Shown here piece by piece: positions 52,451 to 63,688 of a stretch of DNA of 63,688 bases. The DNA comes from Lama glama (taxonomy: Eukaryota). Below the pieces are notes generated by a model that saw nothing but the letters and a program-made list of their open reading frames with translations, did no database searches and was not told the origin of the DNA. Position 1 is the stretch's first letter; every line of letters starts with the position of its first letter. Position numbers and translations under genes: made by a program. The stretch spans positions 57,662,313-57,726,000 of the forward strand of contig CM052816.1 of assembly GCA_028534125.1 (NCBI GenBank), in the 5' to 3' direction.

Positions 52451-53671
52451 CGTTGTTACTGCTTACGCCATTGATTTACAGCGAAGCCCTTGCGGTGAAA
52501 CACTTACACAGACCCAGGAACAAAAGTCTGTTTGTTTACCCTGGTTTCAAAGATCCCCCATGCCAATATCCACAGCAGCTACAACAGTCACCCTTTCTAG
52601 TCATAATCATGTTTTCTTAAGATCAGTCATTTCAATGCCGTTAGCTCAGCTTCCAGATATTAAAAGCATACTCTACCTTTCCTCCACGCTTAATGTGGAC
52701 ATTTGGATCAGTGTCATTGGACGTTTCCCAATAGTCTGTGTATCCTATCTGGGAGAGGGGGAATTGAATGAGGAGTTTTACTGGAATTTAATGTCAAGAA
52801 TACCAGCTGTTTCCTCCTAAAACTATGAGCTAGATATTCCAAAAGGTGTGAACCATCAATCAAAGTACAAGGGAAGATTTTACATTTAGCTGTTTATTTT
52901 TAGAAAAATTTTAAAATGTTTTAAAGAAAACCAACCTTGACAAACGGCATTGAAAGCCATTAAGGAGGCTGAAAAAATAGCAGTCCTACTTTGCCTCCTA
53001 AATATAGTGGGAAATGCTTTCTCAGTGTAAAGAAGAAGTCTTATCCTTCAGTCCAATCAGCATATGGAGGTGATTTCCAAGAGAGAAGTGAAAAAAAAAA
53101 AATCCCACAGCTCAATCTTTCAGAAGTATCATAGTCATGCAGGGAGAAAAATCTTGTATCCTCTTCCTCATTGTCAACCTTTGCAGGTTAGAAGAGCCAA
53201 AAAGAACCATCTCTGTGGTGGGGGTTTGGGGGTGAGTGCAAATCTCCAGTCCAGCTTCTTGCAAGGTGGTTGAGCAGGGCCTTGGTGTGGGGTGGAGCCC
53301 TGGGAGGAGAAAAAGGGTGGAGGGAAGGTTCTCTGGCCTATGACTCATATGTGTACAGAAAGTGTACTTTGGTGCCCACCCTCTGCCCCCAACCAGATAC
53401 AGCATGACCTGTCTAGAATGCTTTTCTTTGTGGATTACCTGGACCCCAGAATGGCCATTGCCATAGGTGTACTTCATCAACTCAGCCTTGGCATGTAGAA
53501 GAATCTTCTCCTCACTCCCACACCCCATCACTAGGAGCTTAGGTGGATGGTGGAAAGGCAGGGATGACTGCAAATCACAGGGAGTCTTCCATCAGAATCT
53601 CTTCCACCCCCACCCCCATGCCCACTCATGCTTCCTTTAATGTATAGGCTCTGTATCGAGCATTTCCCTAA

Positions 53672-53868
53672 AGTAGTTCTCAACCTTAACTAGCCATGAG
53701 AATCACCTACAGAGCTCTTAAAAAAGCACTAGATCCTTACCTGGGCCCTGCCCCTAGAGATCCCGATACAATATAGGTCTGGGGAGGGGTCTAGGCATTG
53801 CATTTTTTTAGGGGTATGTGGCGGGGGCTGTTACATGTTTAAAACTTCCCAAATGATTCTAATGTGTT
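53672..53868. mobile_element. MER5-family element
   Basis: gtagttctcaacctt...gaatcacct...gagctcttaaaa...taggtctgggg...ttcccaaatgattctaatgtg. Confidence 0.8.
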
Positions 53869-54000
53869 GACCTATTGTGTGCCAGGCACTCTTCTAGGTG
53901 GGTACAACAGTGAAGAGCATAGGCAATGTACCTGGTCTCATGAAGTTTACAGTCCAGTGGGGCGAGACAAAGAATAAATAAATGAGTGCCCAAGTATTTT
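53868..54000 (-). mobile_element. L2 3' fragment
   Basis: cctattgtgtgccaggcactcttctagg...tctcatgaagtttacagtccagtgggg. Confidence 0.8.
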
Positions 54001-54089
54001 CTGATAGTCCTACCGGGAAGATAAGTCTCGGACTGTGAAAGAGAAAGCTGGAAGATGGGGATATTTGTAACTTAAGATTATATAACTTT

Positions 54090-54230
54090 AGATAGACTTA
54101 GATTGTTTTCATACCTTGGTTATTGTGAATAATTTTCTCTATATGTACCCAGCAGTGGAATTGCAGGATTATATGGTAGTACTATTTTTAACTTCTTAGG
54201 TTACCTTCATGTTTTCCAGAATGGCTGTAC
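54090..54230 (-). mobile_element. L1 ORF2-end fragment
   Basis: cttggttattgtgaataat...tacccagcagtggaattgcaggattatatggtag...ttccagaatggctgtac. Confidence 0.8.
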
Positions 54231-55299
54231 TGCTATTTTGTTAATATAATATATACACACAGAATATAGCAACACTTGTATGTGTACACATATGCACGTG
54301 CATGTTTGAGACAGGGAGGAAGAAAGTGAGGATATGAATGTGGTGATATCTCATTGAAGAAAAATTAGCGAGGAAAATCGAGAAGTTGCAGTAACCTTCA
54401 TTTCTGAATTTGGACACCTCCTCCCCACACTAACGTCCTTTTTGATTTTCACAGTTGAAATGCCTAAGGTAGGACACGGAACTGTCCAAGAAATGTCTTG
54501 TGATTATTTCAGTTTCTTAGAAGAGTAATTAAGCCCTCAGAGGTTTAATCCACAGTGATGTTTTCCCCTCTTCTCTTCCTTTGTCTTCAGCAGAGGAATC
54601 CTGCCCTCTGAGGAGGCTTCTGGGCAGGCTCTGCCCACCGTTGCCACCCTGCCCCAGCTCACAGCAGGTGCCTGAGAGCAGATGTGTGGCTTCTCACCCA
54701 AGTCGAGCCCTTTACCTGGCCTTTGTAGTGCTTCTGAGACAGAGAGAAATGGGTACCAAAGAGTCTGAATCTCACATCCTCTTGATAACGAAAACCCAGA
54801 TTTAGGGGGTTGGAGGTTGATCCTCAATACCAATAAGTGTGCTATCAACAATGTGTGAATACAACATAATGTTCACAAGAAAGAACCCCCAGTAATAATG
54901 TTTGCTGCTACAAGTTTCTCCACATGGCAAATTAATTCACACTGATTCTGAACTGGCAACCAATGGTAATATTAATTTACCAGATGGAAATACAACCCAA
55001 ATTCACATGTGTTCTTAAAGCCACAGACAAATCTGTTTTAAAAAGCAGATATAGCAATACATAGTAAGAGAATCCCAACCAAGCAACAGCTCTGTACTGG
55101 GTATCTCCGTGGCAACTGGTGCCACGCAAGGTATGATGGAGATAGAAGAGTATGGATCCCAGGCTAAAAGCAGCTTGTGAACTGGTTGGGAAAACAAAAC
55201 CAAAGTTTGAAATAATCAGAGTTTAATACAAGGAAAAACACTGCATTTAACCCAGGGCTCCATGAGATGATGCAATAAGATTTGAAAGAAGGGAGAGAC

Positions 55300-55575
55300 A
55301 ATTGGGCATAAGAATAGAAAAGAAAAGCTTCCGGGAAGAAGATGAATTTAAGGTCAATCTGGAAGAACAAGTGGATCAATGGAAAGAATATTCCTGGATG
55401 GATGACCAACCAGTCTAAGCAAGGGCAAAGGGGTAGGAATTCGTTTCCCCTGGGGAGAGAAGAGTGAAAGCCTGGTCTGACTGGGGTTGAGAGGGCTTCA
55501 GAGAGAAAGGGAATTGAGTTGGATATGCTTATAAAGGACTATGAAGGTCAGGGAGAGGAATTTACATTTGATTTG
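55300..55575 (-). mobile_element. Diverged L2 fragment (probably continues ~56080-56350)
   Basis: Purine-rich ggaagaagatgaattta...ggaaagaatattcctgg...gaggaatttacatttgatt. Confidence 0.5.
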
Positions 55576-55579
55576 CTCT

Positions 55580-56040
55580 GTGTATCAGATGGAGAATATG
55601 TTTAGCTACAAGCCACAGAACTCTGAATACATTTTCTTAAGCAAGTAAAGGATTCATTTTCTCCAGTAACAAGAAGACTGGCACCCTCTGCCATACTTTA
55701 TGGGAGGCATTGTCATTAACCTTATTGCTTCACAATTCCAATAAAGCTGCTCCACCTCCAGCCTCATATCCACATTTCAGGCAGAAAGAAGAGACAGGAA
55801 AGGATAAAGTGGATATTTTCTGCATTAGGAATACAAAAGCTTTCTCAGAAATTCCTAGCAGCCTTCTGTTTATGTCTCATTGGCCAGAACTGTGGCACAA
55901 GGCCACCCCTAACTGAAAGGATGCCTGGGAAAGTAAGTTTTTTTGGCAGCACATTGTCACCACAAGCCAAACCAGGGTTCTATCCTTAAGGAAGAAGGGG
56001 GAATAGATATTATAGTGGCAATTAGCAATCTCTACACACA
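55580..56040 (-). mobile_element. MLT1J/K-like solo LTR
   Basis: tgtatcag...gctgctccacctccagcctca...tatgtctcattggccagaactg...ggaagaagggggaatagatatt. Confidence 0.85.
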
Positions 56041-57072
56041 CTGCATTGCATCTCTACACACCATTGTTGTAGAATCCTGAACAGAGTCTTAGAAAAAGTG
56101 AGGAATTTTCAAAAGATGGAATTGGGATTGGTATTCAAGGGCTTTGGAAGGAAGAAGGATGATCTGGAAGAGTAGATGAAAACTCTTGATAGTAATCTAG
56201 GAGTGATGCAGTGGGCACCTGAACTTGAGTCCTAGATATGGGAATGGGAAGAGGGAGAGAAGTTAATAGTCATTTTCAAGGAACAATGAATAAGATTTTG
56301 TAAAAACCGCCAGAGAATGAATGGTCAAGGTGGAAGGTGATGACAAACTGTCTTTTTAGTCTTTTTTTTTTTCCCTATGCATGAAGTTAACATTTGAGTT
56401 GGATGAGAGAGAACTTATTAGAAAGGAGAAACTGATAAAGAAAAATCCCAGAATAGAGATACACTGAAGCAATAACAAATAATTAGACATTATTACATTT
56501 AAAAACAGAATAAAATCTTTTTAAGGCTAGAAAATTATTGCAATCTGAAAATGGATCACTTAGAAATGTTAGTAAGTACCAGTCCTTGTACAAGGCAGGG
56601 AAGACACAGAAAAGTTTGGGAATTAGTCCTGACCTCAAAAGGACCACAGTGTTTGGGGAGGCAGATTGTTGCAACATCTGGGAGGAAACTACATCAAGGG
56701 CGTGGGTATAGACTAGGGGAGCTGAGAGGAAGGAGGCACTAATTCTACCTGAGAGCTGGAACTGGCTTTGTGCTTTGACATTTTATGACTCTGCAGTGGC
56801 AGAAATAGGATCAGACTTTTAGCCTGAAAGAAGCTTTTAAGTTAATTACCATGAGGCCCTGAGGGAGGACCTGACATTGCCCCAAATCCAAGAATCTCAT
56901 CCATAGCATCTTAGAGTTCCTTCTCAGAACTGGGGAAGGAGCCAAGGGAAAACTGAGGAGTGGGTAGAACAGAGAAACTGAATTAGTCATATATGCACTG
57001 TGATTCTATTATTACTGTGAATCTTCAAATCAGACTCCTCTTCATCTGAACTTTCAAGGTTGAATGTAGTTT

Positions 57073-57288
57073 TTTTAACATTTTTTTATTGAGTTATAGT
57101 CATTTTACAATGTTGTGTCAAATTCCAGTGTAGAGCACAATTTTTCAGTTATACATGAACATACATATATTCATTGTCATATTTTTTTTTTGCTGTGAGC
57201 TACCACAAGATCTTGTATATATTTCCCTGTGCTATACAGCATAATCTTGTTTATCTATTCTGCATATGCCTGTCAGTATCTATAAAAT
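57073..57288 (-). mobile_element. Young 5'-truncated L1 3' UTR (camelid-type) with TSD
   Basis: ttttttattgagttatagtcattttacaatgttgtgtcaaattccagtgtagagcacaa...gtatcta matches my recollection of the camelid L1 3' end; T-rich tail on the left; flanking repeats ttgaatgtagttt / ttgaacatagttt. Confidence 0.8.
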
Positions 57289-60200
57289 TTGAACATAGTT
57301 TATTTGTGACTTATACACATCTGAGTTTCTTAATGTGGTCTTTGCAGTTACTTATACTTGTTTCTTTGATGATAGAAGCCTGGGTCATAAAGCTGCATGC
57401 CTAAAGTACAAACCAGGGTAAATTCTGCCAAGGCCATAAAAAAGACATGGGTAGAAAAATGAAGAGTCCAAGAGATGCTTTAAGAAAATTCTTCAGCACT
57501 CAAAAGGAAGAGGGGTCTTAAGACTAATTTTATCTGAGTGTTTGCTGTTTGAAACAGTATTTATTTCTATAGTTTAAATGCAAGTATTTGAATAGCTAAG
57601 TCAGCCACAGTATGTGAAGGTGTAAATCGAAAGGGTATACAATTAAGTCTTCTCTTCATCTGGGGAACTACACAATTGCAGAGGTCCTTCCACAGACTAT
57701 GATGGGAATGGTCCCTCCGAAAGTTGGTAATCTGACTGCTAGTCTCCCAAGCCTTCCTATACCAGCTATGTAGTCTTCCTCCCCAGAGGCAACTAATATT
57801 ACGAGATTCCTGTATTTCTTGGAAATAGGCTATGGGTACAAATACATGAGGAGACAAGTCTACATATTTTATAAGTACATATATTTTCTAAGAGTGATTT
57901 TAGTGAGCAGAATCAATAGAAAAATCAACATGAAGCAAGTCAATGAGAAGAGCACAAACTAAAAAGTATAAAGGGGAAAAGGTATCCAGGATGAAGAGTG
58001 ATTAGTCGTCAGAAGGCAGAAATAGAGCAGGAATTCTACTCACATAAAAATAAAAAGAAAGGATGAGGTCACAGATCCATCTGTCAGTCAGGATGGGCAT
58101 TTCCACAAAGCAAATGAAGATTGCCAGGAGGGTCATGGGGTCATGTGCAATTGTTGAGTAAGTGAGAGAGATGGTGGTGGCCTGCCCTCCTGGGATATTG
58201 TTTGCTAGAACGTGGGCTTGTGGTACTCTACGGTGACACACTCCCTCAGAGGCTCAGTGGCATTTGATCACTGTTCCCTTGGTCATTTCCAGAGCTCTCC
58301 CACATTCATTCCTATAATTTCAGTGTAATAGGACATTCTCAATTCCAAGTCAAAGTAATATGGCACATACTGGCCAAAGATTCTGAGCCAGTGTAAAGCA
58401 GAGGGGGCCATGCTTTCTGAAAAGCACAGCCCCAGTCATTGCTACATCTCAGCTAAATCCCCTTCCTCACTGGAGATGTTCTTGGCAGTTTATGGATATG
58501 AAATTGGCTTGAAATGGATTGGGACAGGTCAAGTAAAACAGTTATTCCTTCTTTCAGGTAACAGCAATATTCTGCCTGGGATCAGGGAGCAAGAGCAAGC
58601 TAGAACATGGCATTTGTCAAATAAATTCCCAAGTAATATTGGATCCCAACAATATATAAGACACCAGGCAAATTTCTGACTTTCTATCAGATTCTGTTAG
58701 AAATATAAGACACCCATCCACACAGAAATGTAACTAGCAGCATAGGACCCAGTCAATGAGTGGAACATCAGACAAATGTGACAGACTTCAAAGAAGTGAG
58801 GGATTTTCTTCTAGCTATGGTGGAAAGGAAAGATTCACCTCTAAGTTTCCATAACACGTCCAGTAGGTGAGGTTTTTTTTTTTTCCCACCTCCTGCCCTG
58901 CAGAATCTTGGCACAGTCTGGCTAATACATCGAATGAAAGGTATCAGAGAAAGAAGGCAGTTGGCCGCTCGGGTAGACTTCATGGGATAGCATCTGCTGG
59001 TGGGGCTGCCATCACTCAGGATTTGGTCTGTGGATTTGGAGATTCATGAGTTCCATTTTGTAAGAGCACTCAGTTAATCAGTCTTAGAAGAATTGATTCA
59101 TTCACAAGAGTTATCAATGGACCTGAATGTCAATCTATTAAATGACAGGGGTTAGGAGTATATTTTCTAATCACCAGAATGATCTTGTCCACTGTTGGAG
59201 CAATGGTAGAAGACTGTTTGCTGAACATGCAAACAGGGCCAAAGATTAGAATACCTTTAAGAGTAACTTAATGCACAATCCCTGCCCCACAATCTTCTTG
59301 CTGAATAGAAAACATGCAAAAAAAAAAAAAAAACCTCCCAAAAAACTCAAGCTGATATCTTACATACTTAAAGTCTCCTCTTTGGATAGAGGAGGAATTT
59401 AGAACATCAAATTCTTAAAACCCAGTAACCCTCTTTATATGTCATATGCATATGGTTGGATACATTTCCACCAGACCAAATGTGCTGTCACTCTCAGAGA
59501 TGGACAAAATGAAGCTGTTGAACAAACATGTATATATTTGCTTAGCTGCAAATGGGTGTATCAAGTTTACTTGATCTATGAACATAAAGCAACAACAACA
59601 ATAAAACTGAGATATATTCTAAGGATATAAGAAAGAAATTGAGAGAAAAAGTCTAACATTCCAACTGGAGCCCCATCTACAAGAGGTATATCAGCTCTGA
59701 GAGTTGGGAAAGAGAATTGCTAAGTCATACCTCCAAATCATTTCCTTCCTTTAAATGAGTCACGAGGGCAGTGATAACCTCAACATGCTAGCAGCTATTC
59801 CAGTGCTCAAGTAGTTATTTTTACTCCTGCTTTGCAGAAACTAGACCCAGCCATTAAGCACTTTCCTAAATGAAACCTGTATCCATTTAACCTACTCAAG
59901 TTAGTAGCTGAATTTGTGGCGGTTGTTTTAATAAGAGCTCTTTAAAAACACATCTACATCTATAGGTAAATGGTATAGAAGCATACTTATTTTGGACAAT
60001 TTAAACAATGGAGAACTAAACTTGACTTTATGTTATATCTTGGTAGTATTTAGGAACTTTAAAAAAATAAATGATGCGAGTTCAACTGACTACTTCACAT
60101 GTGAACAAGTCTCATCACCAATTAATATTTTCTGACCAACCCTAGGAAACTTAGCTCATGCCATGGGGGACAGATTCCTATTAATAGCAAAATGCAAGGA

Positions 60201-61871
60201 ATTTGGGTTTATAAGTTAAATAGGGGTCACAAGGGCATCCAGAGGGGCCCTGGGATCTGGCTACCAGGCATCTGGTTACCTCATCCACTAACCTAGGGAG
60301 GGACAAGGCAGACCATTTATTTCCTTAGAACATATTGCTCTCCCTACCAGATGCACACAGAGATCCTTCTATTCCTGCCAATGGCAGGAATGCAAGACTG
60401 AATCATTACTTGCCAAACATCTGCATAAGGAGCCCAGCAGTACAACTCTATTTATATTAAGACAATTATGTTGAATCATTAGAATGTTTCATTCTAAGAC
60501 TCAAAGTCTCTTTCTGTTATCACAAATTCGGAATGAACCAGGTGAGCCAATAAAATCCTACTTTGGAGGAAACTTATAACAAGATCCCTTTGTATGAACA
60601 GAGAGAGGTTGGCAGTCAGTCTATATATTTTTCATCTTGCCTTCCTGTTATCCTCCACAACTTTGCTGCTCTCACCACCACTTCTTATTCTTAAACTTTT
60701 CCTCGAGTTATGTCTTCTCCCTGCTTACATTTTTGTTGAGGGCAGAGCTCCAGGGCTGACCACGTAGGTAAAGTGCCACTCTCGCCAGTATCTCCAACAG
60801 TAAAATGTAATGTTTTTCAATGAAACACTGGAAACCTTTAAGGAGTAAAGAATGTGAGAGAATATATTCTTTCATGAATTTTAGGATAAACAGAAATCAG
60901 TGTGGACTGGAGATGAGTAGATTTGCCCCTGGTGTGCTGACTCACAGCGACTCTACTAATAGCACTTACTGGAATGACCTTCAGTTCCAATGAGAACCAC
61001 AAAATACCAGTAACTTTATCTGGGGAATATTTATATTTTGGTGCAGTAGGTGAATTCCCAATTAAAGGGCATTATTAGAAGAATTTTTTCCCCAAACTAA
61101 ATGTAGTTTCATCTTGGTTAAGCTTTACATTTCTAGTTGATCTTTATGGTTCAAAGAGGAGATTTTGTTTTTGTTTTTAAAATCCATTCATTCCCCATTT
61201 CCTCATAACTAACTTTCATGGATAATACCTGTTAGAGAAGACATCCTGAGTCCCAGATTATTCTAACTCAGATCAACCGAATATTTTCCTCCTCAACTCA
61301 TGTGCTTCCTGACTTACAGCCTTTTGGTTTGGTGATTGAGTATACACGAGGAAGCCTGGAACATTCTCTGACTATAGCAATGAATATGCATGATTATTCT
61401 AAGACCTCTCCCTTTCTCCACCTGCACATTAGTACAAAGCAGGACACCGCTACTAACTTGTGAAACATTTTCTTTGGGTGGGAGAGTGCAGGGTGACCAC
61501 ATACCCCTGGTTTATGTTTCACCGTCTCAATCCAGGGGTCTTTCTTTCTGTCCTCTATTTCCCATTGAACTTGTCAGGCATCTGTTTTCTGACTGGGTTC
61601 CAGAACCTTGTACCCTAGTTTTAGTATAGCCAGGATTTAGGGCTTACCCTGAACCCAAGGGTCAATTCAGAGACTGGTGCCCTTGGGAACTGAACCAAAC
61701 AAGAGCACACACAATGTATGTATATTGGGTTCTCCCCACAATAACTACCTGAGAATTTATTATTGTGCTCATGAGCTAACTAAGGATGTCCCCCAAAAGT
61801 CACTTACCATCTAAATAATGTAAAATAGAATTAAACATTTAAAGTTCCATATGGAAACTTTAAAAACAAAC

Positions 61872-61995
61872 CACTCATTCCTCCTTTCATCTCATAGCAG
61901 TTTACTGAGCATCTACTTTGTACCAAGCATCATGCTGGGGACTGGAAACCCAACAGTGAATCAAATAGACCCGATCTCTGCCCTCATAGTCCAGC
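61872..61995 (-). mobile_element. L2 3' end
   Basis: tttactgagcatctactttgtaccaagca...tgctggggactgg...cagtgaatcaaatagac...ctctgccctcat. Confidence 0.8.
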
Positions 61996-62599
61996 AGGAA
62001 TTGCAAGAGCAGGTTTGCCAGTGTTGACCCAGCACTGACTGACTGTCCCAGTATCTGAGCTTTGGGTTTGACAAATAAGCCCTCTTGTCTCCAGGAGAGT
62101 GACCTCTGATATTAGACTAGGGGCAACTCCTCAGCTTCCTACAGGCTGGCTGAAATAGCTCATAAGACCACCCACTCCCCTTTGTCCCCACCCAATCCTC
62201 AGTCCCTTTTGTAACCAAAGTCTTGTGTTATGAACATAGGTGCAAAGAGATCTCTGGAATAGGAAAGAGCCATAGAGAAAGGATGGTGGAGTGTTCTTAA
62301 ACTAGAAGGCTGATCTCTGCACTGAATAAACTCATCCTGGCCTTACCCGCTGGCCTCTTTGATTGGTTCACATTTACTGCTGTGACAAGACAAACTCAGG
62401 GTAAATGGGTAAAGTTTTGGTTTTGAGGAGGCCCAGATGCCAGTCACTGTTGACCAAGAGATTCAGCTTGAAAACAGAGATGATGTCAGTTGGCTTCAAT
62501 CCACTGATCATCACCCCAAGCCCAAGCTCCCCTCTCCCATCTGTTCTTTCTTACCCACCAAGAGCACCACCCAATCCAGTGTTAACAAACTTTCACAGA

Positions 62600-62765
62600 C
62601 ACACTCTAAGTCTCCAACAATCTCATGGGGATACCCCAACCCCCATTACATGGATGAGAAAATCAAACATCCAAATTAACTTGCTCATTTTCCCACATCT
62701 GCTCACACAAAGCCAGCATTCAAACCCAGATCCTCGGACTCCAAATCAATGCTCTCTGCACTCTC
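62600..62765 (-). mobile_element. MIR fragment
   Basis: caacaatctcatg...ccccattacatggatgagaaaa...aacttgctca...attcaaacccagatc...gactccaaa. Confidence 0.75.
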
Positions 62766-63688
62766 CCATAGCTATCTACTTTGACAATTTCAGTTCTTTA
62801 TTTTTGCATATTGTTTCAGCACATCCTGGTGGGGAACTGTCTTCTAACCTGCTGGGTTTCTGGGAGTGGCCACAGATTACTGGCCAGGGGGAGGGCCTGT
62901 GGTTCCCACACTCCCTTCCCTGACCAGATCATCGCTGCCGCCAAGCTTCTCCTGCCTTCTGCAAAGGAGTCCTGCATCTGTCATGGATCCCTGTGGAGCA
63001 CGTTGGTGGCACATATTCAGATTTTCTAGGAGTCTGTTAATATTTTTTTGCAGAGGACTTTCAGCGTTTTAAGTGGACTGATTTTAAGATAAATGACGTC
63101 CTGAGGAAGGCATCCTTTACCTGCTCTTCCCTTTGACGCTCTCACCACCAACATGGATTTGGTTTTTAGGTGTAGTTCGTTAACCCCCTAGGGCTCTCCC
63201 TGGCACCCTGCGGTCAAATGACAGAGATATTAATAACTAGCAGCAGCTACAGCTGGTTTATGTTTCAAGAAGCTCAGGGGGAAGTAGATCTAGTTCTCCT
63301 TGACCTCTGTAGGGATTGGCAGTGCTCCTTAAGATATTTATGCAGAAAGGGACTGCCGTTTTACAGGTCTGGGAAAGTGTCCATGGATGGATCTCAATGT
63401 TTTTTGAAACCTCTTGACTTATTGATTTTACTCTAGAGCAGGCAGACTACTATTTTAGAATGGGGGTATGTACATATACAAGTCAGAAACTGGGGGAAAA
63501 TTTTTATCATATTAAATTAGGGGGAAATTAAATTGTACATAAGTAGCTCCGGATTTGGGGGACATAATTCTGCCATTTATGTTAAAAAATACATTGTCTC
63601 TGTTCAACAATGTTTCTTTGCTTTGCTAGGTCAGTGGGGACAGAATGAAAATGCAAATGCTGAAAATAAATATTTTGAATTTAGCATT

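Noticed and set aside
4240..60950. About a dozen AP-1 (TGACTCA/TGAGTCA) sites
   Set aside because: Close to chance expectation for a 7-mer in 63 kb and dispersed.
61800..61830. Minus-strand TAG|ATG|GTAAGT motif (3-nt exon or ATG-ending first exon)
   Set aside because: Weak pyrimidine tract, abuts an L2 tail, and no supporting minus-strand coding exon was found.
62405..62923. 172-aa ORF
   Set aside because: Runs through a MIR; no recognisable homology or exon boundaries.
1..63688. Prokaryotic-type systems (CRISPR, operons, defence islands), tRNA/rRNA genes, intact retroelements
   Set aside because: No repeat-spacer arrays, long ORFs or structured RNA genes were seen; the sequence is mammalian non-coding DNA.

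Overview
Eutherian mammalian nuclear DNA, AT-rich and CpG-depleted, with no recognisable protein-coding exon, RNA gene, CpG island, CRISPR array or intact mobile-element ORF. None of the supplied ORFs resembles a protein I recognise. Much of the window is old interspersed repeat: MIR SINEs, L2 and L1M LINE fragments, MLT1 and MER21 LTRs, and hAT-Charlie MER elements (MER5, MER20, MER33, MER58, MER102). There are a few microsatellites and a 500-N assembly gap (22370-22869). One young 5'-truncated L1 3' end at ~57.1 kb matches my recollection of the camelid L1 3' UTR, and I saw no Alu, B1/B2, Bov-tA, PRE1 or Can-SINE, so the source is probably a camelid (inference). The repeat-free islands look regulatory. 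They include a candidate promoter/first exon ending in a GTAAGT donor at 23947, plus several plus-strand exon- or microexon-like splice signatures further on. The window may therefore be the upstream region and 5' introns of a gene or lncRNA that I cannot name. I found no convincing novel biological system; all findings are modest, testable hypotheses. Repeat names come from recalled consensus sequences, not a search, and boundaries are approximate unless a TSD is quoted.
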